Assembly (NCBI GenBank): GCA_964644785.1
Contig: CAZXXP010000004.1
Coordinates: forward strand, 1-35,080
Source of the DNA: an uncultured Nitrosopumilales archaeon
Lineage (GTDB): Archaea; Thermoproteota; Nitrososphaeria; Nitrososphaerales; UBA57
Reading direction: 5' to 3'
DNA length: 35,080 nucleotides
In this document: positions 1 through 7,771 of the stretch, one piece after another
Position numbering within the stretch: the first letter of the stretch is position 1
Layout: each line of letters opens with the position of its first letter
The notes under the pieces: model-generated
What the model was told of the DNA's origin: nothing
What the model saw: only the letters and a program-made list of their open reading frames with translations
Database searches by the model: none
Program-made: the position numbers and the translations under genes

Positions 1-2329
1 GAAGAGTATCTGCAGAAACCGCATTGGAATTCCGCTGCTTGACCCATACAGCTGAGGTTTGGCTGGACTTATCACATCCGCATTGATAACAGTTCTTCCA
101 AGTATCCTGCTACCATTGACAACAATTTCAGCTTCTATATCAAATTCTCCCTTCGTTCTTGGAGAGAAGTCAACAAGCGTGCCAGAAGTAACAGTTCTGT
201 CGAGCTGTACGTCTCCTTCTAAGCTCCTTACCTGAACCCTGAAATCCCTAAAACGTTCATCGTTTGTTGCGGTTATTTGGTAGCCGTTTGCGTTCTGCAA
301 AACGATTAGTGAAACGGGGTTTATGGTAACGGCAACCGGTAGTGTTAGTGTATTGTTGTTTCTTCCGTTCGTCCCTGATACTGTAAGAGTAATCCTTCCT
401 TCATACGTATTGTAAGATGCGTTCGGATCTATCATCTTTGCGGTAAAATTCATCGCTGCCATTTTGTTCGATTCAACGGTAAATGCAGCAGGAGTCAAAG
501 CGACTTGAATCTGTGAATTGCTCCAAGATGCAGACACAGTAACCCTTGCGGCCGTATTTGAAACGGACTGAACTCTTATAGTTCTGCTGAAGGAAACCTG
601 ACTGGGCGCTAGCTGGGCGATCAATTGGTGCGGTATTACCGATATCGGACTTGTGACTGCATTAAGGATGTCAATTCTTCCAGAGCCCTGATAGTTTACG
701 GGGAACAGCTCTCCTGTTGTAGTGTTCCTTAACGGTCTTGATGCTGGAGCTAATATGCCGATGACTTCGTCTCTGGTTAGGTTCTTGTTCTGCAACAGTA
801 GGGCAGTAGCACCTGTCACAAATGGTGCAGAGAAGCTCGTGCCGCTAAGAACTGAAAACTTTCCTCCAAGTGCTGTTGAAACTACCGCTATGCCCGGGGC
901 TATCAGGTCTGGCTTGGCGTAAAATGGGGATACTGGTCCTCTGGAGCTCGATTCAGCAAGCTGCTCTGGCTTTGTCTGAATCCTTATGGATGCAATCAGC
1001 TTTTCTGCTTTCATCCGCTCAAGCAGCTGTAGACCAGTTTCCCTCTCTATACCGACCACGGGTATCCGTGGGTAATAGCCCGGAGGATTGTCATCGTGTA
1101 GTAGCGAACCATCGAACAATCCTGGTACGTTGTTGAAAACCATCAAACCTATGGCACCCTTTGACGAAACGGATTCTTCCTTGATTGAGAAGAAGACAGA
1201 TTGATTGCGAACATTTGTGCCGCGCTCTGCAATAGCGATCTTGCCATTCAGGTTCATGTTTGCTATGTCCTCAGGTCTTGCATAGCTCACAAAGACGAGT
1301 TCTCCAGAAACGGTTTCTTTAGAAATATCAGAGCCTAGCAGAGCTCGCGATTGAACAGCGGTGGTCTCTCCAGTAATCCGAACTTCTGATTCAAGCGGTA
1401 TGTAGCTTGAGCCTACAGAAATTGTGGAATATAGGTTAGCGGGACCTCCGATTCTACCTGTGGGGCCAGAATTACCCGCAGCTGCGACGACAATGATACC
1501 GGCTTTTGTGGTTGAAGAAATCACCCTTCTAAGCACATCTATGTTATTTGCGCTACCCAAACTCAAGTTAATGACCTTGGCGTTATCCTTGACAGCCCTG
1601 TCGATGGCGATGGTTACATCGGAGGTTCTTACTCTTCCTTTGGAATCGACCACTCTGTAAGCAAGAATCTTTGCGTTTGGAGCCACTCCCCTGAACTTCC
1701 CATCAGCCGCTATTATCCCAGCCACATGAGTTCCATGTCCAGATCCATCTGCATCAGCAGGATCATCGTCGTTATCGACATAGTCATGGCCTCCTACGAC
1801 CTTGTATCCCGGACCGAATCCACCTCCAAGATCAGGGTGCATGTAATCGACTCCGGTATCGATTATGCCTACAAGGACCCCTGCACCGGTACTGTTCCGG
1901 CTCAGGGCCTGCAACTCCCCTCCCAAGGCTCCAAGAACAGGCCTCTCATCTAGGTCTATGTTCATGACATAATCTTCCTGAATTCTCTGTGGATCGATGA
2001 CACTCCTTAGTGGTTGCTCCTGACTTGAAGGAATTTCTATTATCGCTGCGTGAACCGTATAGGTTAGAATGTCAACGGGTCTGAAATCTATGCCAGCTCT
2101 CTTAATGCCGTCAAGGACTTGCTCAGCCTTGGAAATGAGGATAGACTCGATATTTTTCTGTATGCTCTTCGGGCTTACATGCAGTCTTTCTGCAGATGCT
2201 ATTACCGAATCGTCTGAAACCAATATGATTATTCTTTGGAAATCATCCGTGGCTCTGGCAGGAAGAACCGTTGGAGAGAAGAGCAGGAATACGGCTAATA
2301 CAGTGAAGATATAGCGCAAGACTCTAAAT
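1..2329 (-). CDS. Secreted subtilisin-like (peptidase S8) serine protease; C-terminus lies beyond the window edge
   Basis: Absent from the ORF track because it runs off the window. My minus-strand translation starts at TTG 2329, just after an in-frame TAA, and gives MRYIFTVLAVFLLFSPTVLPARA (signal-like). It then shows IIDTGVD (Asp), SGHGTHVAG (His) and LSGTSFSAPFVTG (Ser, nt ~811-849), the S8 D-H-S order. A beta-rich C-terminal region continues to nt 1. Confidence 0.85.
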
Positions 2330-2343
2330 GTTAACGCATTATC

Positions 2344-2354
2344 AATAATTTAAA
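2344..2354 (-). promoter_or_regulatory. TATA-like box (TTTAAATTATT on minus strand) upstream of the S8 protease start
   Basis: An AT-rich TTTAAAT element lies about 20-25 nt upstream of the TTG start at 2329. This fits an archaeal TATA box with a leaderless or short-leader mRNA. Confidence 0.3.
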
Positions 2355-2383
2355 CTTGGTTGCAACTCCGAAATCTCCAAATG

Positions 2384-2390
2384 TTAATAG
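2384..2390 (+). promoter_or_regulatory. TATA-like box (TTAATAG) upstream of tRNA-Thr
   Basis: Centred about 29 nt upstream of tRNA position 1 (2416), the usual archaeal TATA-to-TSS spacing. Confidence 0.3.
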
Positions 2391-2415
2391 CCTAATTTGA
2401 AATGGGCTTGTCCGG

Positions 2416-2489
2416 GCCTCGGTAGCTCAGCCTGGTAGAGCGTTGCCTTGGTAAGGCAAAGGTCCCGGGATCGAATCCCGGCCGAGGCT
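2416..2489 (+). tRNA. tRNA-Thr, anticodon GGU
   Basis: Hand-folded cloverleaf. Acceptor GCCTCGG/CCGAGGC; D arm GCTC-AGCCTGGTA-GAGC; anticodon arm TTGCC-TTGGTAA-GGCAA (GGT at 2450-2452, U33 and A37 present). Variable loop AGGTC; T arm CCGGG-ATCGAAT-CCCGG; discriminator T. No encoded CCA and no intron. Confidence 0.9.
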
Positions 2490-2496
2490 CTTTTTG
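2490..2496 (+). terminator. Oligo-T tract directly after the tRNA
   Basis: CTTTTTG follows the discriminator base immediately. Archaeal termination commonly occurs at oligo-T runs. Confidence 0.4.
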
Positions 2497-2728
2497 TTGT
2501 ATACACCAATTGCTCTGCTTAGGCTAGTTAACGATTTGTTAACAACCTTGTCAGCTACAATCTAGGTAAGTTCTTCAGCAAACTGCCCATTGCTGTTGCC
2601 GTCTTTCGTAAATGCCCTAGCAAGTTTGCCTAAGACCTGATTTTAGTAATACAACCCTACGGCTCTTCAACTCGTTTGGATCTACTGAATTTAGGCTATC
2701 GAACAAGAGGTATTGTATCAGGGCGGGG

Positions 2729-3613
2729 TTACCAATTTGCAGGAGAGATATGCGTAAGTTCCGCGCTGACATCCCATAACTTCTTGGACATCACCTCGTC
2801 ATTCGATATGTTTGCTGATTTGGCTACTTTTTGCTTAACAAAATACTTCCCTGCGGTACGATCAACTTCAGGGGAGGATGCTAAGTAGATGCTTGTTTTT
2901 GCGCCTTTTTCAGGGCTCAAGAGGAATGGTGCAAATAAGAAGAGAGCCAAGCGAAAGACCCACCAATTGCTCTTCCCCAGATTTGTTCTCACTACCCCAG
3001 GATGTAGACAATTCGCTATAACGTTAGTCTCTTTCAACCTTCTTGCGAGTTCATGAGTAAATAGGACGTTTGCAAGCTTTGACTGGCTGTATGCTCTAAA
3101 GCCGCTGTAGCGTCTCTCTCCCTGAAGGTTATCAAAATCAATGGTTGCCCCGTAGTGTGCACTGGAAGCGACAGTGATAACACGTGGAAGTGTATTTGTC
3201 TTGAGAGTAGGAAGCAACAGATTAGTCAGTAGAAAGGGCGCAAGATGGTTTACAGCAAAGGTCATTTCAATTCCATCTTCTGTAAGATGTCGCTTGGCAA
3301 GAAAGACTCCGGCATTATTCACTAGGACATGTAATTTGTCATGTCGTGCGCCGAAATTCTCAACGAGCTTTCTTATTGAATTCTGAGATGAAAGGTCAGC
3401 GATCATTAAAGACACCTTTTGGTTGCTACTTTTCTTGATAATTTCATTCATTGCAGCTCCTCCTCTTTCTCGATCTCTGCAGACCATGACTACGCTAGCA
3501 TTCATTTTGGCAAGGCCTAGTGCTGTGGCTTTGCCGATTCCCGAACTACTACCAGTAACCATGCATACTCTTCCTTGCATACGATTAGAACTCAACGCAG
3601 TATCCCCCAACAA
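2729..3613 (-). CDS. Short-chain dehydrogenase/reductase (classical SDR, retinol-dehydrogenase-like)
   Basis: VTGSSSGIGKATA (TGxxxGxG Rossmann motif), NNAG, and the catalytic YSQSK (YxxxK). The track start at 3613 is TTG. The ATG at 3580 (MQGRVCMVTG...) is the more likely start. Confidence 0.85.
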   Translation of the reverse strand: MLGDTALSSNRMQGRVCMVTGSSSGIGKATALGLAKMNASVVMVCRDRERGGAAMNEIIKKSSNQKVSLMIADLSSQNSIRKLVENFGARHDKLHVLVNNAGVFLAKRHLTEDGIEMTFAVNHLAPFLLTNLLLPTLKTNTLPRVITVASSAHYGATIDFDNLQGERRYSGFRAYSQSKLANVLFTHELARRLKETNVIANCLHPGVVRTNLGKSNWWVFRLALFLFAPFLLSPEKGAKTSIYLASSPEVDRTAGKYFVKQKVAKSANISNDEVMSKKLWDVSAELTHISPANW

Positions 3614-3833
3614 TTGACAAGATTAGGGTGTCCTCCAGATAACTATACCCCTTTTTCCAACCAATTTGCTTATTCTGTTATCCGCGTCATGCATTTGTCC
3701 GTCGGGGTGGTTTTGCATTTGCCTAGCTTTTGATTACTGGAAGAAGCTCCTGCGTGACACTTGGCGACGAGGGGATTACGATCTAAGAAAAACGAATAGG
3801 CTATAATGAACTCTATATGAAAGTACAAAAGAC

Positions 3834-4292
3834 ATGCAGCTGGAAAAAGACCTCTACGTTACAGACCTCAAGATTTCTAGGGTTGCCAACCAACCCTATA
3901 TCATTGAAGCCATTGGCAGGTATATCTCAAGGATAACTCTCAACGAAGCCAGTCTTACAAAATTTGCAATCGAACCCACGCGCGATCTTGTTGGGAGCAA
4001 CATAGTTATCAACTTACAGCCTAAGGATGGGGAACAGATAGGGCTCCACGATGTGCTAATTTCCAGAATCGAAAGGGTGGACAGAAGGAGGGTGCATAGA
4101 ATCCCAAATACATCATCAATGGATGAAACTGAGTACAGAGTAATGTTCTTCACTCCCAAGAAAGACCCCTCTTCATCTGTAGTGCCATGTCCCAACTACG
4201 AGCTGCGCTTTGATCTTACAGAAAACGAATATCAGGAAATCATGCAATCCGATGCGACAGCTGTGTTCTCTGTAAGCTGCAGAAAGCGCTAG
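3834..4292 (+). CDS. Hypothetical protein (152 aa)
   Basis: ATG ORF that fills the gap between neighbours, with CTATAAT about 28 nt upstream. No recognisable motifs. Confidence 0.4.
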   Translation: MQLEKDLYVTDLKISRVANQPYIIEAIGRYISRITLNEASLTKFAIEPTRDLVGSNIVINLQPKDGEQIGLHDVLISRIERVDRRRVHRIPNTSSMDETEYRVMFFTPKKDPSSSVVPCPNYELRFDLTENEYQEIMQSDATAVFSVSCRKR

Positions 4293-5015
4293 TCATCTAA
4301 TATAATCGCGGACATTTTGGTCTTCTTTAGACTCATGTTGCTCTTCTTCAAATTGAAATATCTTCTCTGGTTCGATTGCTGAGTAGTCCAGAGTCAAATT
4401 GAGTGTTTTCTCGAGCACTTTGAGTATAGCCATCGCAGCATTTTCGTCAGCCCCAAGTCCCAAAGTTTCTCCATAAAGACCAACGCTATCTAAGCCGTAC
4501 ATCTTTGCAAAACCGAATACCAAGGCGTTCATTCCTGTGATGACACCTTCGCTCATAGTTTTCACACCATGGACCTGCAATTCTTTCAAGAGCTCGGGAG
4601 AGGTCGCTGTCCCGTACACGGAAGGATATTTGACCATCGCCCCTGTTATGAAAGCGCCAAGGGTGAATACCTTCTTCACTCCAAACTTGCTGGCAATTTC
4701 GACTATCTTTTCGGATACTATATGCTGCCCTTCTGGTGTCGTCGCTTGCGAATCTCCTGTAAAAATCAGCAAGTTCGTAGGCTTTGCCCAGAAGAACTCT
4801 CCTCTTAGCAAATCTGCCGTGCCGTCCTTGTCTATCTGAATCTGGGCTGGGAAGTATTTGGAATAAAGTTCAGCGATCTTGCTGGCTTTCAACGCCTGTA
4901 CCAGATAATATGGAGCGAGCCTTCCAACATAACCAGTGTCGGGCATCCCACAGATGAAGATTGCAATCTTCTCAGAAGGGATTTCCAGGAATTTTACTTG
5001 TGTATTTTCCAACAC
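4293..5015 (-). CDS. PAC2-family (proteasome assembly chaperone-like, COG1938-type) protein
   Basis: The N-terminal IFICGMPDTGYVGRLAPYYLV resembles the G-x-P-G-x-G-x-VG motif of archaeal PAC2/PbaA-B proteins. Size is about 240 aa with an acidic C-terminal tail. GTG start. Confidence 0.55.
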   Translation of the reverse strand: MLENTQVKFLEIPSEKIAIFICGMPDTGYVGRLAPYYLVQALKASKIAELYSKYFPAQIQIDKDGTADLLRGEFFWAKPTNLLIFTGDSQATTPEGQHIVSEKIVEIASKFGVKKVFTLGAFITGAMVKYPSVYGTATSPELLKELQVHGVKTMSEGVITGMNALVFGFAKMYGLDSVGLYGETLGLGADENAAMAILKVLEKTLNLTLDYSAIEPEKIFQFEEEQHESKEDQNVRDYIR

Positions 5016-5213
5016 TGCAATAGATTTACTGCAAGGGTAAATCCCTTTTGTTATCCAGCTCTAATCATTGCATAAGCAACCTGAGCCAGATAGGCTACTG
5101 GCCAAAAAATCTGCAGGAGATTGCTGCTCATAACAGTTCTTGAGAAGGTCCGACCTCATTAGATGTGATAGGCGGATAAGAGCCAATATAATATCGCTAA
5201 TCACTGTGCGCTG

Positions 5214-6329
5214 TTACATACCCGCCTTGTTTTTCAGCGTCTCCGAAGCAAGTACCGTAAACCTTTCGAGAGCCATATTCTGCTCGAATGTCCAGCCAAG
5301 GTTCTCATCGTACATTTGACACGGCAGGCTGAATGCTGAGGTACACTGTTGATCAACTATGGCGACCTCGACCCTGCGCTTGAGAGCCCCAAGGTTCCTC
5401 TGCAGGAACGACAACACATCAGCATAATGTGTTAACGGGATGACCAGGTCTGCAAGGTAGAACCCGTTGTCACCGTAAGAATCAGACCACACGAAGGGCA
5501 GTCTGGCAAATACACCCTGCACCCTCAGCATTTCTTGCTGCGAAACATTTCGTATGAGGACTTTCGCAGGCAAGACTGCGTACCTGCGCACGTTCTTGGG
5601 GTCTCCTCTCCACCTGACCAAATACTTAGTCACAAGATCCCTGGCCTCGATATGCGTGTGGTAGTGGTAGAGTAGCGTCTTGACATCAATCCTGAGTTTA
5701 TCGGCAATGTCTGCAAACTGTACAGAAGAATCCAGCTGCAGCTCCTTCAGGATGAGCAGGTCTTTCTTGTCAAGTTCTACCGCGTCGCTGATTTTGGGTA
5801 TGATTGGAGCCTGCCTCAGATTGTCCAGAGCGTTCCAGTCTATGTCCCAGACTCTCTTCTTGAAGTTGTAGTATTCTGGATTCATTGAAAGGTGGCGCGT
5901 CCAGAGCAGGTTGTTGACTTCATATGAATTCAGAATTCCACTCGATGTCATAGCTTCTAGAAACTTCTTATGCTCTGCAAGCTTACTATTGGGAACTGCA
6001 AACTGTGCGAGGAACCTCTCTTCAGGCATCGTCCTTGTGAAGTATGTTAGATACGCAACGTCTGACAGCGCTTTTGCAACTTTAGCCTCTCTGCCCCTGT
6101 ATTCATCATTAAAATCAAGAAACGTCCAAGACCTTTTCAGTCCGAGCTTTCCAAAATCTATGCCCGTATGTATCGTGATGCCGCGATCAAGAACCTGCTT
6201 TTTGAGCCGGTGCCTTGCAGTTTCAATGGGTATCTGCAGCTCAGAGGCTATATCGGGAATGTTTCTAGGCCCTTTTTGGGCTACTACCATTACCAATTGC
6301 GATAAAGCTTCTACCTGTTTACGAGTCAT
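5214..6329 (-). CDS. Putative transcriptional regulator with two Lrp/AsnC-like wHTH modules
   Basis: Two segments resemble an HTH followed by a small alpha/beta domain: IPDIASELQIPIETARHRLKK, and LDKKDLLILKELQLDSSVQFADIADKLRIDVKTLLYHYHTHI. The assignment rests on pattern only. Confidence 0.45.
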   Translation of the reverse strand: MTRKQVEALSQLVMVVAQKGPRNIPDIASELQIPIETARHRLKKQVLDRGITIHTGIDFGKLGLKRSWTFLDFNDEYRGREAKVAKALSDVAYLTYFTRTMPEERFLAQFAVPNSKLAEHKKFLEAMTSSGILNSYEVNNLLWTRHLSMNPEYYNFKKRVWDIDWNALDNLRQAPIIPKISDAVELDKKDLLILKELQLDSSVQFADIADKLRIDVKTLLYHYHTHIEARDLVTKYLVRWRGDPKNVRRYAVLPAKVLIRNVSQQEMLRVQGVFARLPFVWSDSYGDNGFYLADLVIPLTHYADVLSFLQRNLGALKRRVEVAIVDQQCTSAFSLPCQMYDENLGWTFEQNMALERFTVLASETLKNKAGM

Positions 6330-6558
6330 CTACTCACCGGCTGAATTGACATTTTTCAGTTCTCTAATCTGTACTTCCTCAATGACTTTTGGTATTGTAT
6401 AGCTCGCTTTCCAGCCGAAGACGGTCGCTAGCCAGTGCTCCGCATACTCTGGCTGCTTTAAGCGCATCGTAATTAGTGGATACGCAATCTGTATTTAAAA
6501 AAGATATCTAAAATCTAGACATGCTGAGTCTGAAATATTGTAGTCCGAAAGAGCAACA

Positions 6559-6963
6559 TTAAGAAAGATGCTCCCTCTTACGTTGCGAATCTTCAAAAGC
6601 AGGTTCAAGAACCATGCCAAGCCTGTCCGCAATCTTCCTCTTCTCTCTGAGTTCGTCTATAACCTTCTCTTGCTCGAGTTTGTACAGATTGGCAGCAGCA
6701 TTTCTTGGGTGTAAAGGCATCAACTTAGCAGAATCGGAAGGGTCTCTGATAATGACACCTTTACTAAACAAGGATTCAATTGCTGATTTCTCTTTGATCT
6801 TCAGGACCGATAAAGTCTTTGCTCCATCAACACTGCCGTTTTGCACCAGGTAGACGTAAATTCTTGCTTCGTCTGCTTTCAGTCCAAGAATTTTGAAATG
6901 CTGTACAAGTTCAGATACTTTTCTCAAGTGGAAGACCTGCTGTAAGGCTTCGAATCGTTCCAA
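6559..6963 (-). CDS. Small TrmB-like wHTH protein (N-terminal domain only)
   Basis: LGLKADEARIYVYLVQNG resembles the TrmB N-terminal HTH. The track start is TTG 6963, inside the upstream gene. An alternative TTG at 6927 overlaps the upstream TGA stop as TTGA and would give about 122 aa. Confidence 0.5.
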   Translation of the reverse strand: MERFEALQQVFHLRKVSELVQHFKILGLKADEARIYVYLVQNGSVDGAKTLSVLKIKEKSAIESLFSKGVIIRDPSDSAKLMPLHPRNAAANLYKLEQEKVIDELREKRKIADRLGMVLEPAFEDSQRKREHLS

Positions 6964-7697
6964 AGGTACTGGAAATAGTTTGTTGCGAAGCCTGCTAGTG
7001 AAGGATGGTCAGCCCAGATAGCGACTGCTGAAGAGGGCTCATCGGTTCCTAGCAGTAACAGCACTTCTCTTGAATCGCTTATTGCACCACCGGCAAACAT
7101 CTGGCTCCTTACCCTGACCTCGCCCCATTTGGAGATGCTTTTCAGATGGTTTTCATCAGCGTTTTTAGTGCACATCACCATTATTTTCACGGCCCTGCTC
7201 TTCAGGTTCATCATCAGCGGAGCCGCAAGGTCAATAACTGCATCAAGAACAACAGGCGTAGCGAGCATCAGGTCATTAGTGCAGGATTCAAGCATCTCCT
7301 TTAGTTTGGTTAGAATGTTAAACTGCCCTCTTACTATCCAGATGTCCGGACGCTCCTTGCTTCCTCTCTTTTCAAACAGAGGGGATAGTTCGGAAACCAC
7401 CTGAGTCTCATTCTTCTCCCTGTCAGAATTAATCTTCATACGCATGGTCTCAAGCGATGTTGAAGGCGGCTTTGGGTAGAACTTGCTTGGCCTGGTGTGA
7501 TCTGTCTCTATCCAGCCCTTCCTTTCAAGACTGCTCAAAACATCGTAAATCTTTGAATAAGGAACGTTAGACTGCTTGCTTATGTTTATGGCGGTCATAT
7601 AACCGTACTGAACCAGAGCTGAGTAAGCTTTTATTTCATAGCTCGTCAATCCTAGATCGAGCAGAGCACGCTCAGTCTTCTCGGTTATTATGGCCAT
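6924..7697 (-). CDS. trmB: TrmB-family transcriptional regulator
   Basis: LGLTSYEIKAYSALVQYGYMTAINISKQSNVPYSKIYDVLSSLERKGWIE is the canonical TrmB wHTH. It is followed by a C-terminal effector-like domain. Confidence 0.8.
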   Translation of the reverse strand: MAIITEKTERALLDLGLTSYEIKAYSALVQYGYMTAINISKQSNVPYSKIYDVLSSLERKGWIETDHTRPSKFYPKPPSTSLETMRMKINSDREKNETQVVSELSPLFEKRGSKERPDIWIVRGQFNILTKLKEMLESCTNDLMLATPVVLDAVIDLAAPLMMNLKSRAVKIMVMCTKNADENHLKSISKWGEVRVRSQMFAGGAISDSREVLLLLGTDEPSSAVAIWADHPSLAGFATNYFQYLWNDSKPYSRSST

Positions 7698-7732
7698 GAC
7701 ACACCTTTCCCCTTAGGAAGCGTTTGAAATGC

Positions 7733-7743
7733 TTATTAATTAA
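7733..7743. promoter_or_regulatory. TTATTAATTAA TATA-like element in the trmB / radical-SAM divergent intergenic region
   Basis: This is the only strongly AT-rich block in the 70-80 bp spacer. It lies about 35-45 nt from either start codon and contains the palindrome TTAATTAA, so it could serve both directions. Confidence 0.3.
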
Positions 7744-7758
7744 CACGAGTCCTCGACA

Positions 7759-7771
7759 CCACTAATAGTGG
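7759..7771. promoter_or_regulatory. Perfect 13-bp palindrome CCACTA-A-TAGTGG, candidate operator
   Basis: Read directly from the sequence. It sits 16-28 nt downstream of the TATA-like box and just upstream of ATG 7777, where archaeal repressors typically block TSS access. Confidence 0.35.

Noticed and set aside
722-2314. Five plus-strand ORFs of 66-88 aa listed in the track.
   Set aside because: They lie antisense to the S8 protease frame, which carries an unambiguous D-H-S catalytic triad. They are artefacts of the open opposite strand.
2490-2728. A ~240-bp non-coding stretch after the tRNA (with GTTAAC-N5-GTTAAC at ~2529-2545) as a possible integration (att) scar or ncRNA.
   Set aside because: I found no duplicated copy of the tRNA 3' end, no integrase, and no C/D-box or other recognisable RNA motifs. 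The region is too weak to call.
3688-3722. Direct repeat of TGCATTTG about 23 bp apart in the SDR / hypothetical divergent intergenic region.
   Set aside because: An 8-mer repeated once in AT-rich intergenic DNA can arise by chance. There is no associated palindrome or known motif.
4293-4310. C-terminal ...RDYIR of the PAC2-like protein as a proteasome-docking HbYX motif.
   Set aside because: The Tyr is at position -3, not the penultimate position the HbYX rule requires, so the motif is not satisfied.
5911-6402. 163-aa plus-strand ORF.
   Set aside because: It lies entirely antisense to the well-supported 371-aa regulator gene. It is rich in Ser, Leu and Cys with low-complexity composition typical of shadow ORFs.
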